Assembly (NCBI GenBank): GCA_022729705.1
Contig: DZAX01000005.1
Span: forward strand, 11,704 to 75,703
Reading direction: 5' to 3'
DNA: 64,000 nt
DNA from: Helicobacter cetorum
Lineage (GTDB): Bacteria; Campylobacterota; Campylobacteria; Campylobacterales; UBA6016
Each line of letters begins with the position of its first letter. The stretch's first letter is position 1. The notes under the pieces were generated by a model, which did not search any database, was not told where the DNA came from, and saw only the letters and a program-made list of their open reading frames with translations. This document shows, in pieces, positions 10,397 to 17,237 of this stretch. The position numbers and the translations under genes were made by a program.

Positions 10397-11770
10397 ATGC
10401 AAAACTTTTTGAAAAATAAACGATTAGAGCCAAACAAAAAAAACGTTCTTGAGAGACTAAAAAATTTTAATGAAATTTATGAGAGATACGACTCCTCATC
10501 CGCCAAAACGCAATCCGATAGATGCGTGCAGTGCGGCATACCGTATTGCCACAACGGTTGTCCGCTAGACAACTACATTCCACAATGGCTAAAACTTGTG
10601 GCCGGAAATGATTTAAAACTCGCCTTTAAGATGAGTAACGAGTCTTCGCCTTTTCCTGAGATAATGGGCAGGGTTTGCCCGCAAGATAGGCTTTGCGAGG
10701 GTTCTTGTACACTAAATAAAGATTTTGGCGCAATTACAATAGGCTCTATAGAGACTTTTATTACAGAAGAGGGGTTTAAAAACGGATTTAACCTCGAGTT
10801 TCCCGGCGTTACGCAAGACACAAGAGTCGCGGTTATCGGCGGCGGTCCCGCCGGTCTATCGGCGGCTACGTTTTTACTTAGACATGGAATCGGCGTTGAT
10901 TTGTATGAAAAAGAGGCTTTTGCGGGCGGTCTTTTGGTATGGGGAATCCCTGGTTTTAAGCTAAACAAGGAGAGTGTTTTTAGAAGAGTAGAGATACTTA
11001 AAAGCGCCGGTATGAAGCTTTTGACCGGTAGTGAAATCGGACGAAATGTAAGTTTTGACGAGTTAAGAAACAAATATGACGCTATATTTTTGGGCATAGG
11101 CGCAAAACGAGGCAATAAAGCTGGCATCGGCGGCGAAGAGTTTGGCGGCGTATATCAGGCTATGGAGTTTTTGGGTGCGTCTCAGAAAAAATATATAGAT
11201 TTACCGCATATCAAAGATATAACCGTTAAAGACAAAAAAGTCATCGTAATAGGCGGAGGTGACACCGCTATGGACTGCGTGAGAACCGCCATAAGAGAAG
11301 GCGCAAAATCGGTATTGTGTGTCTATAGACGTGGCGAAGAGGGTATGCCGGGAAGCCGCAAGGAGTATAAAAACGCCCTTGAAGAGGGAGCGGAGTTTAA
11401 ATTTTTTGCCGCTCCAAAAGAGATTATAGGTGAAAACTCACAGGTTAAAGCTATAAAAGTCGTAAAGATGGAAGTCCTAAAAGACGGAGGTAGAGGCTCC
11501 CTTGTGGAGACGCCAAATAGCGAAGAGAGTATCGAGGCGGATATTGTGGTTATGGCTCTCGGTTTTTCTATGGAGTTGCCGACTTTTGTGCCCTCAAGCG
11601 GGATAAAGACAAAAGAGTCGGGGCAAATAATTGTAAATAAAGAGTATGAGACAAGCCTAAAAGGCGTATATGCCGGAGGCGACTGCTTTAGAGGTGCCAA
11701 CCTTGTAGTAAATGCGGCTCTTGACGGCAGAGAGGCCGCCAACGCAATAGCCGCTTCTTTACTTAGGTAG
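10397..11770 (+). CDS. gltD: glutamate synthase small subunit, NAD(P)H-dependent (457 aa)
   Basis: CVQCGIPYCHNGCP Fe-S motif and VAVIGGGPAGLSAA dinucleotide fold. Starts 1 nt after the gltB stop. Confidence 0.95.
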   Translation: MQNFLKNKRLEPNKKNVLERLKNFNEIYERYDSSSAKTQSDRCVQCGIPYCHNGCPLDNYIPQWLKLVAGNDLKLAFKMSNESSPFPEIMGRVCPQDRLCEGSCTLNKDFGAITIGSIETFITEEGFKNGFNLEFPGVTQDTRVAVIGGGPAGLSAATFLLRHGIGVDLYEKEAFAGGLLVWGIPGFKLNKESVFRRVEILKSAGMKLLTGSEIGRNVSFDELRNKYDAIFLGIGAKRGNKAGIGGEEFGGVYQAMEFLGASQKKYIDLPHIKDITVKDKKVIVIGGGDTAMDCVRTAIREGAKSVLCVYRRGEEGMPGSRKEYKNALEEGAEFKFFAAPKEIIGENSQVKAIKVVKMEVLKDGGRGSLVETPNSEESIEADIVVMALGFSMELPTFVPSSGIKTKESGQIIVNKEYETSLKGVYAGGDCFRGANLVVNAALDGREAANAIAASLLR

Positions 11771-12079
11771 CTATGGATTATGAGATGCCAAATCTTTGAC
11801 GGCTCCAAGGCTTCAAAACAAAATTTGGCACTCAATAAAGACGCAAGAAGTCTATTGATTACATCGATGATAGGTAAAAAAAGAGACGTTGGCGGCGTTA
11901 AAAATAGGAGTAAAAAAAATACTGCAAAAACAGATTACCCTGGATAATTTGTCAACCGCGATTACAGAAATTAAATGACTCGCTTCTTTCGCAATTTCTA
12001 AGAGAGGTAAGCCGCCGAGAGCCCTCACAGCGTAAAGAGCGTTTCAAAATATGAGGACTAAGCAGAGGGCTCAATTGGC

Positions 12080-12952
12080 TTATGCTTTGGCTATAACTAA
12101 AGAAGCATACTCGTTTTCGTCTTCATTTGAATTTATGAGGACTTTACCTAGTTGTTTACTTTTGTTTGCATATGCAAAACTAATTTCATTGGTGAAAGAG
12201 TGCTCCAAAAAAGAGCTTGCAGGGACTATCCCCTCCAAAAGAGCCTTTGCGGCCACTATAAGACTAAGAAGTGAAGAGGCTCCAAAGGAGTATCCCGTAA
12301 GCCCTTTTGAGCTCGACACTATTGGTTTTTGGGCAAACATTTTTGCCAAAGCTTCCGCTTCCGCTTTGTCCTCGTCAGGTATTCCAACCGCCGCCGCTTC
12401 AATATAGTCTATATCGCTTGCCGTAACCTGAGCGTTTTTGAGCGCCGCATCCATGGCTGAGTAAAAATCAGCGCCAAGACCAAATCCAACCAACTCAATA
12501 TCAGTTTTTTCTGTAGTCAGCAATATAGATGTTACAGTTTCAGCAACGTTTAACCCGTCTGTCTCATAATCAAATGGCTTTGCGATATTTTGAGAGTACT
12601 CGCCCTCATCAATAAGCTTTAAAATATCCTCTCTTTTTAGCCTATAAGAGTCAAGCACTAGCGCTTCCGTGGCTTTTCCGCCTTGCAGTTCTTCGATTGC
12701 GGCTCCAAGAGCGCTTATGGCGCTCTCCGACTCAAACACTGATACGCCCTCGTGAGCGATAGCTCCACAAAACTCTATCGCCTTGTCAAAGTCGAGTATC
12801 GTACCCATATAAAGCCCGCCGTCTTCGGTCATATAATCAAAGTCTTTTATAAATAAACACTTTTTATTTAGCAGGTTTTTAAATATCTGGTCTATGCCAT
12901 GCCCTGCAACGCTTACCGCTTCATAAGATTTTATATAAACTTTTGTCGGCAT
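12080..12952 (-). CDS. beta-ketoacyl-synthase-like protein lacking the catalytic triad (290 aa)
   Basis: Aligns by eye to KAS I/II blocks (PFDYETDGLNVAE, IDYIEAAAVG, VSSSKGLTGYSFGASS), but the Cys, His and His positions read S/E, A and Y. Confidence 0.5.
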   Translation of the reverse strand: MPTKVYIKSYEAVSVAGHGIDQIFKNLLNKKCLFIKDFDYMTEDGGLYMGTILDFDKAIEFCGAIAHEGVSVFESESAISALGAAIEELQGGKATEALVLDSYRLKREDILKLIDEGEYSQNIAKPFDYETDGLNVAETVTSILLTTEKTDIELVGFGLGADFYSAMDAALKNAQVTASDIDYIEAAAVGIPDEDKAEAEALAKMFAQKPIVSSSKGLTGYSFGASSLLSLIVAAKALLEGIVPASSFLEHSFTNEISFAYANKSKQLGKVLINSNEDENEYASLVIAKA

Positions 12953-13050
12953 CTGCTACCTTAATCTATTTTTTGCTCATTATAGCAAAATAGACTGTTT
13001 ATTTTGGTTTTAAAATCCAAATTTGTATAATGTGCTTCAAAATTTTATGA

Positions 13051-13120
13051 GAGCGGCTAGCCGCGAGAGCTGTCTGCTGAAGACTTAATTTACGGCTTTG
13101 CCGGAAATTTGAGAATTAAT
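13051..13120. repeat. mosaic repeat module (gcggctagccgc-gagagctgtctgctgaagac-hairpin-gagaattaat) forming the htrA leader
   Basis: Near-identical module at 52436-52500 upstream of murA. A related copy at 51424-51487 lies upstream of proC. Confidence 0.8.
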
Positions 13121-13135
13121 AAAAAAGGAGATGTG

Positions 13136-14575
13136 ATGAGTAGATTTAAAGCGACTATATCGTCTATTGCGGCGGCGGCACTGCTTGCCGGAGGCGTGAG
13201 TATTTTTGCCGTAAACGCTTCCGCTATTACTTTTAAAGAGTCAAATTCGCAAGATTTAAAACGAAAAATGCCTGAAGGAGAGGGCGTTCTTCTTTCATAC
13301 TACGATGCGGTCAAAGACGCCAAAAAGTGCGTTGTAAATATCTTTACGCAAAAGACTGTCAAACAAAACGCACACACAAACCCTTTTATGAACGACCCGT
13401 TTTTTAAAGAGTTTTTTGGCAAAAATTTTAACGGTGCAGCGCCAAAAGATAGGGTGGAGCGCTCTCTTGGCTCCGGCGTAATCGTAAGCTCTGATGGGTA
13501 TATAGTCACAAACAACCATGTTATCGCCGGAGCTGATACGGTGATGGTACTCCTTGCCGATGAGAAAAAAGAGTATAAAGCAAAAGTGATAGGCGTAGAC
13601 CCAAAAACAGACCTCGCCGTAATTAAGATAGAGGCAAAAAATCTGCCGACAATAGCGTTTTCGGATTCCTCAAAGGTGAGAGAGGGGGATGTGGTGTTTG
13701 CAATAGGCAACCCTTTTGGTATTGGCGAGACTATCACGCAAGGCATTGTGTCGGCTCTAAATAAGAGCGGTATTGGAATCAACGAATATGAAAACTTTAT
13801 TCAGACCGACGCGTCGATAAATCCAGGAAACTCCGGCGGAGCTTTGATTGACAGTAGGGGCGGGCTTGTCGGCGTCAATACCGCGATTATCTCTCCAACT
13901 GGGCAAAATAACGGTATAGGTTTTGCGATTCCGGCGAATATGACAAAAAATATTGCAAAAACGCTAATTGAAAAAGGCAAAATCGAAAGAGGCTTTATCG
14001 GTATATCGATGCGAGACCTTGACGCACAAAGCAGAAAGTTTTATGCAAGAGAGAGCGGCGCCGTAGTAATGGATGTGGTTAGTCCATCCCCAGCTGAAAA
14101 AGCGGGATTGGCGCGCGGCGACCTTATCGTCGCAGCAAACGGCAAAGCGATAGCGGACTCAAGCGAACTTAAAAATTTAGTTGGAGGGCTTGAGCCGAGG
14201 GCGCAGATTGTTTTGGGGATTATTAGAGATAAAAAACTGATAAACGTGACGCTAAAAATAGAAAAATTGGACGCAAGAGAGGTAAAAAGCGGACATATAG
14301 AGCTTCTTGAGGGGTTGGCGATTAGTCAGTTAACAGACGAGATGAGAAAAAAACAGAACATTCGCTCAAATGTTAAAGGCGTCATTGTGATGAGTGTAAA
14401 AGAGGGCTCTTTGGCGGCTAGACTCGGCTTTTTGGAGGGGGATGTAATTGTTCAGATAGAAAATAAAGCGATAAGCTCGCTAGAAGAGGCAAAGGCTGTA
14501 GGCTCTATAGAGGGCAAAAGAGTGTTTGTAAATAGAAAAGGCACGATTTATATGATGATAGCTGCTACCGAATAG
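13136..14575 (+). CDS. htrA: Do/HtrA-family periplasmic serine protease with two PDZ domains (479 aa from MSRFK)
   Basis: Signal peptide, catalytic-site motifs TNNHV, DLAVIK and GNSGGAL, and two PDZ-like regions. RBS AAGGAG lies 6 nt upstream of the ATG at 13136. Confidence 0.9.
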   Translation: MSRFKATISSIAAAALLAGGVSIFAVNASAITFKESNSQDLKRKMPEGEGVLLSYYDAVKDAKKCVVNIFTQKTVKQNAHTNPFMNDPFFKEFFGKNFNGAAPKDRVERSLGSGVIVSSDGYIVTNNHVIAGADTVMVLLADEKKEYKAKVIGVDPKTDLAVIKIEAKNLPTIAFSDSSKVREGDVVFAIGNPFGIGETITQGIVSALNKSGIGINEYENFIQTDASINPGNSGGALIDSRGGLVGVNTAIISPTGQNNGIGFAIPANMTKNIAKTLIEKGKIERGFIGISMRDLDAQSRKFYARESGAVVMDVVSPSPAEKAGLARGDLIVAANGKAIADSSELKNLVGGLEPRAQIVLGIIRDKKLINVTLKIEKLDAREVKSGHIELLEGLAISQLTDEMRKKQNIRSNVKGVIVMSVKEGSLAARLGFLEGDVIVQIENKAISSLEEAKAVGSIEGKRVFVNRKGTIYMMIAATE

Positions 14576-14812
14576 TACGCCGCAATGAGCAAAGCCCATT
14601 GCGGCTACGCTAGGCGCTGAGCCGCTAAAGCTAGCCGCCGTAGGCGGCAGAGGGGGAAAGTTTCCGCTCTTTTTGGAATAAATATACTAATCTTATAAAC
14701 TTACTCTCCCGCGAATGCGGGTAGCTAGAGCCACCCATCGCCTGTCGGTGATGAGACCCGGCAGGGGGTGCAGGGACATTTATGTCCTTGCCGCTATGTT
14801 TGAACTTGCGGG
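14576..14812. repeat. composite cluster of mosaic hairpin repeats
   Basis: Contains acgccgcaatgagcaaagcccattgcggc, gcgctgagccgctaaagctagc (reverse of the module at 26349 and 49636), ctctcccgcgaatgcgggtagct, ccacccatcgcctgtcggtgatg (reverse of 45750-45772) and gcagggacatttatgtccttgc. Confidence 0.8.
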
Positions 14813-14897
14813 GGCTTATGGTAAAACGCATATTCAAATAAAAGAGATAGCGAAAAAGCGGCTTCAAATATCGTTTATTATATTTAAGGAGCCTACG

Positions 14898-15818
14898 ATG
14901 AGAGTGGCAAAAAGCGTAGAAGAGCTGATTGGTAAAACGCCGATTCTTAGACTAAATGAACTATCAAAACAAAGCGGAGCTGAGATTTTTGGTAAGTGCG
15001 AGTTTATGAATCCTAACGGCTCCGTAAAAGACAGAATAGGCGCAAGCTTGATTAACGCCGGACTAAAAGAGGGGCTTATCAAAGAAGACACTTTGATTAT
15101 CGAACCCACAAGCGGCAATACGGGAATAGCTCTTGCGAGTATTTGCGCCGTTAAGGGGCTGAAACTTATTCTTACAATGCCCTCATCAATGAGTATAGAG
15201 CGTCAAAAACTGCTTAAAGCTTTTGGAGCCCAAATACTGCTCACTCCAGCGGAAAAAGGTATGCGCGGCGCCGTAGAGGCGGCGGACGCTCTTGCAAAAG
15301 AGCATAAAAACAGTTTTATCCCGGGGCAGTTTGACAATCGCGCAAACCCTGACGCTCATAGACGCACTACGGCTCTTGAGATTTTGGAGGATATGGACGC
15401 CGATATAGATATTTTTGTAGCGGCGATAGGTACGGGCGGTACGATAACAGGAGTTGGCGAGATACTAAAAGAGAGGCTCCCAAATATAAAAATAGTAGCC
15501 GTCGAGCCGCAAGACTCTCCGGTATTATCAGGCAAAGCGCCGGGAGCGCATAAGATACAAGGCATTGGAGCCGGATTTGTGCCAAGTGTGCTAAATAAAA
15601 GTGTGTATGATGAGATAATCACAGTCTCAAACGAAGACGCTTTCGCTACGGCTAAAGGCGTCGCCAGAAGCGAGGGTGTACTAGTAGGTATATCGGCGGG
15701 CGCAAATGCGTATGCGGCAAGTATCGTGGCGGCAAGAGCCGAGAATAAGGGCAAAAATATAGTGACGGTGCTGTGCGATACAGGTGAGAGATACCTAAGT
15801 ACCGCCTTATTTGACTGA
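14898..15818 (+). CDS. cysK: cysteine synthase A / O-acetylserine sulfhydrylase (306 aa)
   Basis: PLP-Lys motif NPNGSVKDRIG and GTGGTITG. RBS AAGGAG lies before the ATG at 14898. The longer listed ORF (from 14715) reads through the repeat cluster. Confidence 0.9.
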   Translation: MRVAKSVEELIGKTPILRLNELSKQSGAEIFGKCEFMNPNGSVKDRIGASLINAGLKEGLIKEDTLIIEPTSGNTGIALASICAVKGLKLILTMPSSMSIERQKLLKAFGAQILLTPAEKGMRGAVEAADALAKEHKNSFIPGQFDNRANPDAHRRTTALEILEDMDADIDIFVAAIGTGGTITGVGEILKERLPNIKIVAVEPQDSPVLSGKAPGAHKIQGIGAGFVPSVLNKSVYDEIITVSNEDAFATAKGVARSEGVLVGISAGANAYAASIVAARAENKGKNIVTVLCDTGERYLSTALFD

Positions 15819-15830
15819 GCAAATAAAACA

Positions 15831-15890
15831 TCTGCCGCCTTGGCGGCTAGCGTAGCAGAGACGGGCTTTGCCTGTTTTTGCGTACTATAT
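15831..15890. repeat. mosaic hairpin repeat (short form of the 49621-49692 copy)
   Basis: tctgccgccttggcggctagcgtagcagagacgggctttgcctgtttttgcgtactat compared with tctgccgcttcatgcggctagc...gcgtagccaagacgggctttgctcgtcttggcgtactat. Confidence 0.75.
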
Positions 15891-15908
15891 AATACAAAGG
15901 AAATGATA

Positions 15909-17177
15909 ATGAACAACGAAACAATAGCGATTCACGCCGGATACGACAAACACGCTGGTGAAAAAACAATGGCTGTGCCAATCTATCAAAGCACCGCATA
16001 TGCGTTTGACGGAGCCGAGCATGCGGCAAATCTGTTTAGTTTAAAAGAGCTTGGCAATATATACACAAGACTAATGAACCCGACAAGTACGGTGTTGGAG
16101 GCTAGATTTGCGGCATTAGAGGGCGGAGCTAGTGCAGCGGCTACGGCTAGCGGTTCGTCTGCTATATTTTATGCGATTATCAATCTTGCGGCGGCGGGTG
16201 AAAACTTTATCGCCGCAAACAATCTATACGGCGGCTCTATGACTCTTTTTGCCCATACGCTAAAGAGATTTGGAATAGAAGCGCGCTTTTTTGACCCAAA
16301 AAAACCGGAGACGATAGAGGCTCTTATTGACGATAAAACAAGAGCGATATTTTTTGAGAGTTTGTCAAATCCTAGTATCGATATAGTCGATTTTGAGGCA
16401 ATCGTAGCTATTGCAGACAAGCACGGCATAGTCACTGTATGCGACAACACCGTAGCGACTCCAGCACTGTTTAAGCCTTTATCCGTGGGTATAGACGTTG
16501 CGGTGTATTCCACGAGCAAGTACATAGGCGGACAAGGGCAGGGAATAGGTGGCATCATCGTAGATAGCGAAAAATCAACGACAAAAATCAAAGACAACCC
16601 AAGATACGCTCACTTCAACGAGCCGGACGCAAGCTATCACGGGCTTGTCTACTCGTCGCTACCTTTTCCATCGTTTGTTCTTAGGGTAAGACTCGCTCTT
16701 CTTAGAGATATTGGCGCGGCTCCTAGTCCGTTTAATAGTTGGCTGTTTATCCAAGGATTAGAGACTCTGACGATTAGAATGAAAGCGCATAGTGAAAAAG
16801 CGTTGGCGGTAGCGAAGTTTTTGGAGTCTCACCCGAAAGTAAAATCTGTCAAATATCCGGGGCTAAATAGCCACAGAGACCATGAATTGTTGAAAAAATA
16901 CTTTACAGGTGCGCAGGCTGGCGGGCTTATGAGCTTTGAAGCAGAAAACTTTGAAGCGGCAAAATCTGTTGTGAATAGCGTCAAGATATTTACGCCCGTG
17001 GTAAACATCGGCGATAGTAAATCCCTAGTGACTCATCCCGCAAGCACGACGCATTCTCAAATGACAAAAGAGGAGCTAAAAAATGCGGGAATTAGCGATA
17101 CGCTTGTGAGGCTTAGCATCGGACTTGAAGACGAGAGGGATTTGATAGCGGATTTGACAGCGGCGTTGGCTTTTTAA
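15909..17177 (+). CDS. metY: O-acetylhomoserine sulfhydrylase (PLP-dependent Cys/Met metabolism family, about 422 aa)
   Basis: ETIAIHAGY N-terminus and STSKYIGGQG PLP-Lys motif. The start could be the ATG at 15903 or 15909, and 15909 has the better RBS spacing. Confidence 0.85.
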   Translation: MNNETIAIHAGYDKHAGEKTMAVPIYQSTAYAFDGAEHAANLFSLKELGNIYTRLMNPTSTVLEARFAALEGGASAAATASGSSAIFYAIINLAAAGENFIAANNLYGGSMTLFAHTLKRFGIEARFFDPKKPETIEALIDDKTRAIFFESLSNPSIDIVDFEAIVAIADKHGIVTVCDNTVATPALFKPLSVGIDVAVYSTSKYIGGQGQGIGGIIVDSEKSTTKIKDNPRYAHFNEPDASYHGLVYSSLPFPSFVLRVRLALLRDIGAAPSPFNSWLFIQGLETLTIRMKAHSEKALAVAKFLESHPKVKSVKYPGLNSHRDHELLKKYFTGAQAGGLMSFEAENFEAAKSVVNSVKIFTPVVNIGDSKSLVTHPASTTHSQMTKEELKNAGISDTLVRLSIGLEDERDLIADLTAALAF

Positions 17178-17237
17178 TATAAATGTGGCATGGGTTAGAA
17201 TTAGAACATTAAATGCAAAAGTGAGAGTTGATATACG

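Noticed and set aside
11771-12079. A possible 58-codon GTG-initiated ORF on the minus strand between gltD and the KAS-like gene (VRALGGLPLLEIAKEASHLISVIAVDKLSRV...).
   Set aside because: It has no ATG or clear RBS and only a vague resemblance to acyl carrier proteins. It lacks the DSL phosphopantetheine motif, so it cannot be supported from sequence alone.
17178-17237. A search for direct or inverted repeats, att sites or a recombinase marking the island ends (17178-17237 versus 25649-25755).
   Set aside because: No convincing repeat pair or integrase or transposase gene was seen by eye. The boundaries are therefore inferred only from gene content, composition and the truncated epimerase gene.
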